A program made the translations under genes and the position numbers. Source: Candidatus Latescibacterota bacterium (GTDB taxonomy: Bacteria; Latescibacterota; CBDEFO01). Taken from it: a DNA stretch of 64,000 nt. Location of the stretch: the NCBI GenBank assembly GCA_965237525.1, contig CBDEFO010000008.1:672001-736000 (forward strand), in the 5' to 3' direction. Positions 40,432-49,359 of the stretch are shown here, piece by piece. The notes under the pieces were generated by a model that was given only the letters and a program-made list of their open reading frames with translations, was not told the origin of the DNA and searched no databases. Every line of letters starts with the position of its first letter. Positions within the stretch are counted from its first letter, which is position 1.

Positions 40432-42975
40432 TCAATAGGCCACAGAGACCAACCGATCGGCAGAAGTATCCTCTGCAGAACCGGAATCGACATCTACTTC
40501 GACCCTGGAAAGATATATCCCGGGAGGAACTAAATTCCCCGATCGGTCATCCCCAGACCACACAATTGAATAGGCCCCCCTCGGATCAGATCTGTGCTCT
40601 GACAACACCTTGACTACAACACCGCCGAGATCGTATATCGTAACTTTCACTTCCTTAGCTGTTATTACGCCTGTAACGCTGAAGCTAAACGTCATCTCAT
40701 CGTTTACCCCATCTCCGTTGGGAGTAATCGTCTCAGGATCAATAATCAAATCTTGTATAATCTCATTTTCCCCCATCGCAAGGACAATTGTCCTCTGGCT
40801 GTTTACCAAATCCGTAGCATCTCCCGCATCTACCCTCTGCCAAAAACCGGGGGAGTTAGAGCTTTGCCCCGATGCCTTGAGCGATTCGCTGTTTGAAAAG
40901 ACCCTCGAACGGAACTGAACCTCAACAAGGTCCACTCCTCTCCTGACAGGATCAGGCAGGCGAAACCAGAGTGTGTCGGGCTGTGAATCGATCGTTGTCA
41001 ACTCTGAGGGTGAAAAACCTCTAATCTCACCATTTTGAAAATCCTCATCGCTGCCTGTACGCACCCGGAGGAGTTCCATCTGGCTTCCGGCGATGGCTTC
41101 TATCATAATCTCATCAAATCTCTGTACTGCCGTGCTAAAAGAAGGACGAATGAAAAATGAGAAATCCTCAGGTCTGCCTAACGTCACGATCCTGTTGGGC
41201 CACACCTCCCCGATCATCCTGTCCGCGATCGGATCGGACATACTCACCTCGATGGAGCGCAAAGATGCGGCAACATCGGGACTATCCGACAGAATCCTTG
41301 CCCTTATAAGCATAAACTCTCTCGGACTCGGAGACTTTATGTCCTCACCTTGAAAACGGTAGGGAGCGCTCCAGGTGCTCCAATCTCCGCCCGGCTTAAA
41401 TATGCTCGTTATTTCACCCCGCCTCACTTTGGGGAGTTTGTTGTATCTCTTCTCTGTAATAACGTTTCCCTTTTTGTCGTGAAATACCTTCTCCTCCTCC
41501 AATTCGTTGCCCGTCCTCGTCTGCAACCTGACGTTAGTTCCAGGGGGGGTGTCCGCCTCCCATTCTATGGAGATGAGATTCTTCCTGCTACCCAACTTTA
41601 TAAGGTCCGAAGTCATCACCACCTCAGGAACGTATCCTTCACCGTAAAGCATCACCTCTGTCCAGGATATGTAACCGACCCCGTGGTACGGTGTTCTGAT
41701 AAATCTGACTTTAGCGGGATCCATCCTGACCTCGGCGTATATTGCTTTCTCTCTAGTGCTTCCCACCCTCATCCACTTGATGGTGCCGTCGGGCGCCCTT
41801 GTCCCGTCAGATATGTCCACAAAGATGTCATGTATGGCATGGTCTCCGTCGAGTATAAACTGGATTGTGTCGATCCAAAAGAGCGCCCCCAAATCCTCAA
41901 GGAAAATATAGGTGTTACCCTCCCCACTTATCGTTCCGTTAACCCCCGTTCCATAATCGCCGTCTGAAACATTGGAGCCGGCATCCCTAACGCCGGCCTT
42001 GGTCTCAACAGTCAACTTCCCCCCGCGATCTGTTATGCCGAGGTTGATATTATCCCCGGGGGCCCAGACCTCGATTTCGGCTAATCTGGGTATCTCCCTC
42101 CTGTAGTACCTTATGGGTCCCTGCCGGTCGGGATGGATCTCCTCGTATTCTTCTTCCGAGATCAGGGTCTCCCTGCCAGTTATGCTCTTTCTAAAGTACT
42201 CCACAGCCCCTTTCTTATCGTCCGGCAGGACATCGTAATCATCTTTTGAAACCTCCTGTGCCTTGTCAAAATCGCTGTCTGTAGCGATTATCTGAACATA
42301 CTCAACAGGGTCTCCTGCAAAAACGTCATCTGTAGGTTCCGTTGAGGGAGGGACAAACTCAAAGACCCTCTGAGTCTTGTTGGGTTTGATAGTCCTGCCG
42401 ATCTCCCAGAAATTCGGCACATCGGTTAACGGAATCAGATATACCCTGTCCGAATGGGTTGAAGGGCCGTGTCTCCAGACTAAAACCTTAAACTGCAAAA
42501 AGGGATCCCCCTCGCCTTCCTCGGCAAAGCGCAGCACTATCTTTGAAGCGGTAACTACCCGTCCTAAACTTAAAGTAACCCACCAATCCTCAAAGGGGCT
42601 GTTCCTATTGGGACCCCAGGTTGTGCTCATATCTCCATCTATCAAATTGCCCGCATCCTGCTGGTTCGAACCGGCAGTTACCCTCCCTTCATCAGTAATG
42701 GAGAACCTCTCTGCATCCAGAGCAGCGTTGATGTTCCTATGTATAAAGCAGGGACTTACTGAGCCATCCTGCGAAATATCTGTGATGCCTCCCGCAATAT
42801 CCCACGCCTCCCAGTGGGACCTTCGGTTGATTAGGATCCTGTTGCCGATGATTCTATGCCCTTTTTGAGCCTCGACACGAAAAGGGAAAAACAAAATTAC
42901 CGAAACTGCCACAAGAACCGCTGCGTAAGTCCCCCAAGTCCCCCAAGTCCAATGTATGATTCTAAGACCTTTCAT
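40432..42975 (-). CDS. Secreted FlgD-Ig-tailed protein, type B, copy 2 (discoidin-like N-domains)
   Basis: Signal peptide. NLIDGDMSTTW...RLAEIEVW. Tail ITPNGDGVND...WSGDDRSGNLVPPGIY. Confidence 0.75.
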   Translation of the reverse strand: MKGLRIIHWTWGTWGTYAAVLVAVSVILFFPFRVEAQKGHRIIGNRILINRRSHWEAWDIAGGITDISQDGSVSPCFIHRNINAALDAERFSITDEGRVTAGSNQQDAGNLIDGDMSTTWGPNRNSPFEDWWVTLSLGRVVTASKIVLRFAEEGEGDPFLQFKVLVWRHGPSTHSDRVYLIPLTDVPNFWEIGRTIKPNKTQRVFEFVPPSTEPTDDVFAGDPVEYVQIIATDSDFDKAQEVSKDDYDVLPDDKKGAVEYFRKSITGRETLISEEEYEEIHPDRQGPIRYYRREIPRLAEIEVWAPGDNINLGITDRGGKLTVETKAGVRDAGSNVSDGDYGTGVNGTISGEGNTYIFLEDLGALFWIDTIQFILDGDHAIHDIFVDISDGTRAPDGTIKWMRVGSTREKAIYAEVRMDPAKVRFIRTPYHGVGYISWTEVMLYGEGYVPEVVMTSDLIKLGSRKNLISIEWEADTPPGTNVRLQTRTGNELEEEKVFHDKKGNVITEKRYNKLPKVRRGEITSIFKPGGDWSTWSAPYRFQGEDIKSPSPREFMLIRARILSDSPDVAASLRSIEVSMSDPIADRMIGEVWPNRIVTLGRPEDFSFFIRPSFSTAVQRFDEIMIEAIAGSQMELLRVRTGSDEDFQNGEIRGFSPSELTTIDSQPDTLWFRLPDPVRRGVDLVEVQFRSRVFSNSESLKASGQSSNSPGFWQRVDAGDATDLVNSQRTIVLAMGENEIIQDLIIDPETITPNGDGVNDEMTFSFSVTGVITAKEVKVTIYDLGGVVVKVLSEHRSDPRGAYSIVWSGDDRSGNLVPPGIYLSRVEVDVDSGSAEDTSADRLVSVAY

Positions 42976-43092
42976 ACACAACCCGTGTGTGGAAACCGCC
43001 TCCTTTAGTCAGCGGAAGAAACTCCCTGCCTCCTTTCTACCTTCAGACTTCCTATGTGGACTTTTCAAAATAAATACCGCGTGACAGAACAA

Positions 43093-45675
43093 TCAATAGG
43101 CCACAGAGACCAACCGATCGGCAGAAGTATCCTCTGCAGAACCGGAATCGACATCTACTTCGACCCTGGAAAGATATATCCCGGGAGGAACTAAATTCCC
43201 CGATCGGTCATCCCCAGACCACACAATTGAATAGGCCCCCCTCGGATCAGATCTGTGCTCTGACAACACCTTGACTACAACACCGCCGAGATCGTATATC
43301 GTAACTTTCACTTCCTTAGCTGTTATTACGCCTGTAACGCTGAAGCTAAACGTCATCTCATCGTTTACCCCATCTCCGTTGGGAGTAATCGTCTCAGGAT
43401 CAATAATCAAATCTTGTATAATCTCATTTTCCCCCATCGCAAGGACAATTGTCCTCTGGCTGTTTACCAAATCCGTAGCATCTCCCGCATCTACCCTCTG
43501 CCAAAAACCGGGGGAGTTAGAGCTTTGCCCCGATGCCTTGAGCGATTCGCTGTTTGAAAAGACCCTCGAACGGAACTGAACCTCAACAAGGTCCACTCCT
43601 CTCCTGACAGGATCAGGCAGGCGAAACCAGAGTGTGTCGGGCTGTGAATCGATCGTTGTCAACTCTGAGGGTGAAAAACCTCTAATCTCACCATTTTGAA
43701 AATCCTCATCGCTGCCTGTACGCACCCGGAGGAGTTCCATCTGGCTTCCGGCGATGGCTTCTATCATAATCTCATCAAATCTCTGTACTGCCGTGCTAAA
43801 AGAAGGACGAATGAAAAATGAGAAATCCTCAGGTCTGCCTAACGTCACGATCCTGTTGGGCCACACCTCCCCGATCATCCTGTCCGCGATCGGATCGGAC
43901 ATACTCACCTCGATGGAGCGCAAAGATGCGGCAACATCGGGACTATCCGACAGAATCCTTGCCCTTATAAGCATAAACTCTCTCGGACTCGGAGACTTTA
44001 TGTCCTCACCTTGAAAACGGTAGGGAGCGCTCCAGGTGCTCCAATCTCCGCCCGGCTTAAATATGCTCGTTATTTCACCCCGCCTCACTTTGGGGAGTTT
44101 GTTGTATCTCTTCTCTGTAATAACGTTTCCCTTTTTGTCGTGAAATACCTTCTCCTCCTCCAATTCGTTGCCCGTCCTCGTCTGCAACCTGACGTTAGTT
44201 CCAGGGGGGGTGTCCGCCTCCCATTCTATGGAGATGAGATTCTTCCTGCCGCCCAACTTTATAAGGTCCGAAGTCATCACCACCTCAGGAACGTATCCTT
44301 CACCGTAAAGCATCACGTCTGTCCAGGATATGTAAGCCAGCCCCCCGACATGACGTTCATGCTCGTACGGTACCCTGATATATCTGGCTTTAGCAGGTTC
44401 AAACCTCATCTCGGCGTATGCTGATTTCTGTGTACTTTCTCCCACCCTCGTCCACTTGATGGTGCCGTCGGGCGCCCTCGTCCCGTCAGATATATCCAGA
44501 AAGATCTTATCTATGCTGGATGATCCGTCGTTTAGAACCTGCATTGTCTCGATCCAAAAGAGCGCCCCCAAATCCTCAAGGAAAGTATAGGTGTAAAACG
44601 AACTTATCGTCCCGTTAAGCGACGTTCCATAATCGCCGTCTGTAACAGCGGAGCCGGCATCCCTAACGCCGCCCTTGATCTCAATAGTCAACTTCCCGCC
44701 GCGATCTGTTATGCCGAGGTTGATATTATCTCCGGGGGTCCAGACCTCGATTTCGGCTAATCTGGGTATCTCCCTCCTGTAGTACCTTATGGGCCCCTGC
44801 CGGCTGGGATGGATCGCCTCGTATTCTTCTTCCGAGATCAGGGTCTCCCTGCCAGATATGCTCCTTCTAAAGTATTCCACAGCCCCTTTCTTATCGTCCG
44901 GCAGGACATCGTAATCCTCTTTCGATACCTCCTGTGCCTTGTCAAAATCGCTGTCTGTAGCGATTATCTGAACATACTCAATAGGATCTCCTGTAAAAAC
45001 GTCATCTGTAGATTGCGTTGATGGAGGGACAAACTCAAAGACCCTCTGAGTCTTGTTGGGTTTGATACTCCTGCCGATCTCCCAGAATTTCGGCGTATTG
45101 GTTAGCGGAAGCAGATAGCTTTGATAAAACGGGTGGTAGTCAGCTTTGACCGTTGCAGGGGGGTGTCTCCAGACTAAAACCTTAAACTGCAAAAAGGGAT
45201 CCCCCTCGCCTTCCTCGGCAAAGCGCAACACTATCTTTGAAGCGACAACTAACCGTCCTAAACTTAAAGTCACCCACCAATCCTCAAAGGGGCTGTTCCT
45301 CTCGGGACCCCAGGTTGTGCTCATATCTCCATCCATCAAATTACGCGCATCCTGCTGGTTCGAACCGGCAGTTATGCCCCCTTCATCAGTTAAGGAGAAC
45401 TCCTCTGCATCCAAGGCGGCGTTGATGTTTCTATGTATAAAGGTGGGACTTACCGAGCCATCCTGCGAAATATCTGTGTTGCCTCCTTCAATATCCCACA
45501 CCTCCCATTGAGATCTCTGGTTGATTAGAATCCTGTTGCCGATGATTCTATGCCCTTTTTGAGCCTCGACATAAAAAGGGAAAAACAAAATTACTGAGAC
45601 TGCGACACGAACCACTGCGCAAGTCACCCAAGTCCCCCAAATCCCCCAAATCCGTATGATTCTAAGACCTTTCAT
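43093..45675 (-). CDS. Secreted FlgD-Ig-tailed protein, type B, copy 1
   Basis: Paralog of 40432..42975 with an identical C-terminal ~385 aa. Confidence 0.75.
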   Translation of the reverse strand: MKGLRIIRIWGIWGTWVTCAVVRVAVSVILFFPFYVEAQKGHRIIGNRILINQRSQWEVWDIEGGNTDISQDGSVSPTFIHRNINAALDAEEFSLTDEGGITAGSNQQDARNLMDGDMSTTWGPERNSPFEDWWVTLSLGRLVVASKIVLRFAEEGEGDPFLQFKVLVWRHPPATVKADYHPFYQSYLLPLTNTPKFWEIGRSIKPNKTQRVFEFVPPSTQSTDDVFTGDPIEYVQIIATDSDFDKAQEVSKEDYDVLPDDKKGAVEYFRRSISGRETLISEEEYEAIHPSRQGPIRYYRREIPRLAEIEVWTPGDNINLGITDRGGKLTIEIKGGVRDAGSAVTDGDYGTSLNGTISSFYTYTFLEDLGALFWIETMQVLNDGSSSIDKIFLDISDGTRAPDGTIKWTRVGESTQKSAYAEMRFEPAKARYIRVPYEHERHVGGLAYISWTDVMLYGEGYVPEVVMTSDLIKLGGRKNLISIEWEADTPPGTNVRLQTRTGNELEEEKVFHDKKGNVITEKRYNKLPKVRRGEITSIFKPGGDWSTWSAPYRFQGEDIKSPSPREFMLIRARILSDSPDVAASLRSIEVSMSDPIADRMIGEVWPNRIVTLGRPEDFSFFIRPSFSTAVQRFDEIMIEAIAGSQMELLRVRTGSDEDFQNGEIRGFSPSELTTIDSQPDTLWFRLPDPVRRGVDLVEVQFRSRVFSNSESLKASGQSSNSPGFWQRVDAGDATDLVNSQRTIVLAMGENEIIQDLIIDPETITPNGDGVNDEMTFSFSVTGVITAKEVKVTIYDLGGVVVKVLSEHRSDPRGAYSIVWSGDDRSGNLVPPGIYLSRVEVDVDSGSAEDTSADRLVSVAY

Positions 45676-45939
45676 AAGAATCCGGGCGTCAAAACCGTCT
45701 CCTATAGTCAGCGGAAGAAACGCCCTGCCTCCTTTCTACCATTAGAGTTTTTGTATGCGGGCTTTTCAAGATTTTTATAAATTTAATATAACCGTCAAAA
45801 GTGAATCTTACCTGCTATTTTGAAAGTAGCTTAGTTTTGGTTCTCTCGGCTGCTGCACTCCGACTTAACTACTGAGACTCTTGAGCCTTGATACCGTTCC
45901 AGTCAATGTGCAAGATTCGGCGCGGCGGTCGCTCGTTAG

Positions 45940-45972
45940 AAAAAGTAGGGGGGGATAAGAATTATCCCCCCC
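45940..45972 (-). terminator. Intrinsic terminator after the 322-aa gene
   Basis: 11-bp stem gggggggataa/ttatccccccc, followed by a T-run on the minus strand. Confidence 0.7.
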
Positions 45973-46000
45973 AGGGTGCCGCGTCGAGATTAATGCTTCA

Positions 46001-46969
46001 CTACTCCAATAGGTACGAAGCCTTGATCCTGCCCCATGTGTCGGACTCTACCGCACTATCCATATCCATACCCACGGGAGCACTAGGCGCTTCCAACAGC
46101 ACAAAGTCGCCGTGGAGACTGGCGTTGCGCCAGGTATTGTGGAGGCCCGGGAAGTCATAGGACCCCTCGTAGCCCGAGAGCTTATCATCGTAGTCCTTCA
46201 TGACGAACCCGACGTGTATGATTCTGTCTGGCTCAAGATCTACAATTGTGCTGGCCGAAGCGCCAGAGTAGCTCAGGATCTCAAAGGGAGTCACCTTATA
46301 CTCATAGGTGACTTCGCCAGCTCCTCCCACTTCGCCCCTGAAGCTCCATCCGGTCTCAAGATAGTCAGGCGAAACGTCCTGCGTTCCGTCTGTCAGCCAA
46401 CTGATCGCCTTGCCGTTATCCAGGAAGTACATAAAGCTGTAAAAGCCGTCTCTGGGCGGCACAAGCATTGTGTAAAGCTGGCCGGTCGTGTAGAACAACT
46501 GCTCCTGTTCTTCTCGGGTAACGTCTTCATCTAGCCACGCGTCGTCGAACAGATTTCCGCCGCTGTGGTCGGCATCCAGGATGAAGTTAATGTCGTCGTC
46601 TCCGTTGAAGCCTGAGGACACTCCACGGTAGGTGCCCCCCGATAGAATGTCATCCACTACGTCCACCATCATGTAGACGCGGTTGAGCTCATCGTTCCAC
46701 CCTATAATGCCCTGGATGTTATAATCGGCAAGATCAAACCCTGGATTCCTTACGGCCTCCCAGAATTCACCCTCTACTTGATTTAGCGAAAGGTCGAGGA
46801 TATCAGGGATTGCATCCCAGTCTGAACGGTCGCCATCTATATCAGGCACGTCTGAAAGATGGAACCCATAAGCGAAAAACTCCACTCCCGGCGGCTCATG
46901 CGCTGAGACGAAAGCGGCCACGGCGAATACCAAGCTGAGCGCCAGGGAGCTTCTGATTAATGTCTTCAT
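46001..46969 (-). CDS. Secreted DOMON/CBM9-like protein with C-terminal TWGRIKA motif
   Basis: Signal peptide (VSA-HE). PDIDGDRSDW, VYMMVDVVDD, DADHSGG. Ends AVESDTWGRIKASYLLE. Confidence 0.65.
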   Translation of the reverse strand: MKTLIRSSLALSLVFAVAAFVSAHEPPGVEFFAYGFHLSDVPDIDGDRSDWDAIPDILDLSLNQVEGEFWEAVRNPGFDLADYNIQGIIGWNDELNRVYMMVDVVDDILSGGTYRGVSSGFNGDDDINFILDADHSGGNLFDDAWLDEDVTREEQEQLFYTTGQLYTMLVPPRDGFYSFMYFLDNGKAISWLTDGTQDVSPDYLETGWSFRGEVGGAGEVTYEYKVTPFEILSYSGASASTIVDLEPDRIIHVGFVMKDYDDKLSGYEGSYDFPGLHNTWRNASLHGDFVLLEAPSAPVGMDMDSAVESDTWGRIKASYLLE

Positions 46970-47227
46970 TACTGCTACCTCCTAATGTTTACATGTTTAC
47001 TGCACATCTCCGGCTCCAAACGAGCGGGAGAAAGCAGTTCTAAAACTCCTCTTCACCTTTCCTTCATCTATCTAACCCAAGTCCACCTCCTTTCCATTTC
47101 TCGGGCATACTGCAGCCTCCCAAATTACGTTCGGAAAGCCGACGCGGCACCTATATGTAAGTTTAGGCTAAGTGTACAGCTCATATGACAGAGGTTATAT
47201 CGTAAGGTTTCATATTCAATCGCCTAC

Positions 47228-47256
47228 ATAATACATAAAGTTCTGTCAAATGTCAA
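47228..47256 (-). promoter_or_regulatory. Sigma70-like promoter with ~250-nt leader
   Basis: TTGACA-N17-TATTAT. Confidence 0.65.
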
Positions 47257-47483
47257 GACTTTTTTTGGGCAAAACGTAAAAAATATTTGCACCTTGCAAA
47301 AGGGAAAAAAAGATTAGGATCTATCCAGGGCTATTCAGTTTTCCATTTCGATGTCAAAGAGGACTAAAACCGATCAGGGCTGGGTACAGGCAGCAGTAAT
47401 GTTGGTCTGACCCGCAGGGTGCATCAAACCTATTACTATGTTGCAAAAGGTAACCATCACTTGTGGACTTATCCGAGTGTGCG

Positions 47484-49166
47484 CTACTCGGTTTTGAAGG
47501 CTACCTTAAGGTTATCTTCTAGGATATTCACCTGTGATGCGTATCTATTTCGCAGTTCTTTCAGAAACTGCTCAAATATCTCCGCCTCCCTCACTTTCTT
47601 TATATGCTTTCTAACAAGCCTCTTGGCATCTGAAAAGGGCCGTCTCTCGTGCTTTCTGGATAGCACCTTGAATATAGAATAGCCATCTTTTACCTTAACA
47701 GGACCTTTGAGCACCTCTATCTGGGCTTCCTGTGCAGCTTCCACTAATGCGCCGTATTTATAGCGGCCGATGGGATCGGGATGAAAAAGTAATCTTCCTT
47801 CTTCATCTCGTTCTTTCATAGGCCGTATAGAATGAATCCCTGCAAGTTCGCCCAATAGGGCGCCCTCTCGGATCTGCTCCTTAAGGCGCAGAGCCTCTGC
47901 CTCTGTCTCTACAAGTATCTCCTGTACATGTATGTCCTCAGGGAGCATATAATTATCCGGATTGCTGTCGTACTCCCGTCGTATCTCTTCCTCAGTTATG
48001 TTTACCTTCCCTTCCAGCGCTTTTTTCCTGAGTCCCCATATTAAAAACTTCCTTCTTTTTTTCTCAAGCCATTTTGCTATATCTTCCTCCTTATCTATTC
48101 CACCGCGAATAGCCGCTTCCATAATCATTATGTAGGGAATTACGGCACGCTCTGCAAAGGAGACCGCCTGTCGGCTATCTGTAAAATTAGTGGGGCCACC
48201 TTTACTTTTTAGATCGCTGATCACGTAGATAAAGTCTCCTGCAGTTATCTTTCCCCTGTCGTATCTGTAAACGACGATATTCCGCTCATCCTCCGTTTCA
48301 AAAGATGCACCGTTGCGCAAGCTGTCAACAAAGGCGTTCAAACCACCCTGATCCAGTTCGAGGCGATATTTATTCTTGAGCTTGTCTACTAAGGTGGCTC
48401 TTTCGAGACTAAACTTCTTTACATAGAGTGATCTGGAAATCTTTGCTCTCAGCTCCGGGCCAAGGGCCATTGTAGTATCAGCAACAACCTTGAAGATCGA
48501 ATATCGGCTGCCGATCTTTATGGGCTCTGATACTTCGCCCACCTTGAGAGAATATAGCCTGTCCTGAATCAGGGTTATACTTTCTTTGACGCTGTACCTT
48601 TCTGTATCGTCCCCTCTGGGAGCAGTCTCTTTATTTGTAGACCACTTTCTGGCAACCTCCTCAAAGCTTTTCCCCTTTTTGATCTCCTCAAAAGCGAGCT
48701 TTACTTTGTCCTCACTGTCAACCGTTATATCGCTGAACCTGATCCCCCTGGAGAATCCATGCTTTTCAAAGAACTCCTGTATCTCCTCTTCTTTTACATC
48801 TATCTTTATCTCCCTTCGTTGAAAGATACCTACGAGCTTTTCCTTCTTGACCTTATTCATCTTCCTTAGAAAGGTGAGGCTCTTATCGATGCCCACCTTT
48901 GGGGACTCCATCGTCAAGAGCTCCATATCAATCATAGTTTGCAGATGATTCCTTTCTCCCTCCATTCCTGTTTTTTTGCTATGGAAATATTCGGGGAGTT
49001 TATCATAAAATTCCTGAAACTGCTTTAAAGTTATCGTCTTATCTCCAACCTGGGCGACTACTAAATCCCCCTTTTGCTTCGCGCAACTCATACAGATAAC
49101 CAAAAAGGCGATCGGGAACACACGAATTCTTGTAGCTTTTTTTACACCAGCAGCGATATTGTTCAC
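47484..49166 (-). CDS. SurA/PrsA-like peptidyl-prolyl isomerase lipoprotein (two parvulin domains)
   Basis: Lipobox CMSC, VVAQVGDKTIT, GKSFEEVARKWS, GEVSEPIK, GYSIFKV. Confidence 0.85.
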   Translation of the reverse strand: MNNIAAGVKKATRIRVFPIAFLVICMSCAKQKGDLVVAQVGDKTITLKQFQEFYDKLPEYFHSKKTGMEGERNHLQTMIDMELLTMESPKVGIDKSLTFLRKMNKVKKEKLVGIFQRREIKIDVKEEEIQEFFEKHGFSRGIRFSDITVDSEDKVKLAFEEIKKGKSFEEVARKWSTNKETAPRGDDTERYSVKESITLIQDRLYSLKVGEVSEPIKIGSRYSIFKVVADTTMALGPELRAKISRSLYVKKFSLERATLVDKLKNKYRLELDQGGLNAFVDSLRNGASFETEDERNIVVYRYDRGKITAGDFIYVISDLKSKGGPTNFTDSRQAVSFAERAVIPYIMIMEAAIRGGIDKEEDIAKWLEKKRRKFLIWGLRKKALEGKVNITEEEIRREYDSNPDNYMLPEDIHVQEILVETEAEALRLKEQIREGALLGELAGIHSIRPMKERDEEGRLLFHPDPIGRYKYGALVEAAQEAQIEVLKGPVKVKDGYSIFKVLSRKHERRPFSDAKRLVRKHIKKVREAEIFEQFLKELRNRYASQVNILEDNLKVAFKTE

Positions 49167-49359
49167 CTTATTAAAGATCTCCTTTTTCCTGGTAAATTAC
49201 CAGAGCGCACACACGCATGTGCCCCTACAACTCATCTGCTGACAGCGTTCTTGTTTGCGACAACGTCCATCTCCTTATAAAGAACCGCTAATTTGAGACG
49301 GACATCGTACTATTATCGCTCTTATCCTATAACCTTACAAGTGCTCTTTAGGGATTCAC

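Noticed and set aside
42925..42955. TWG repeats in B signal peptides as copies of the TWGxIK motif
   Set aside because: They are N-terminal, arise from 9-bp slippage repeats and lack the IK.
35931..45675. Diversity-generating retroelement as the source of the variable loops
   Set aside because: No reverse transcriptase or template repeat. Differences include indels, are not confined to adenines, and lie N-terminally.
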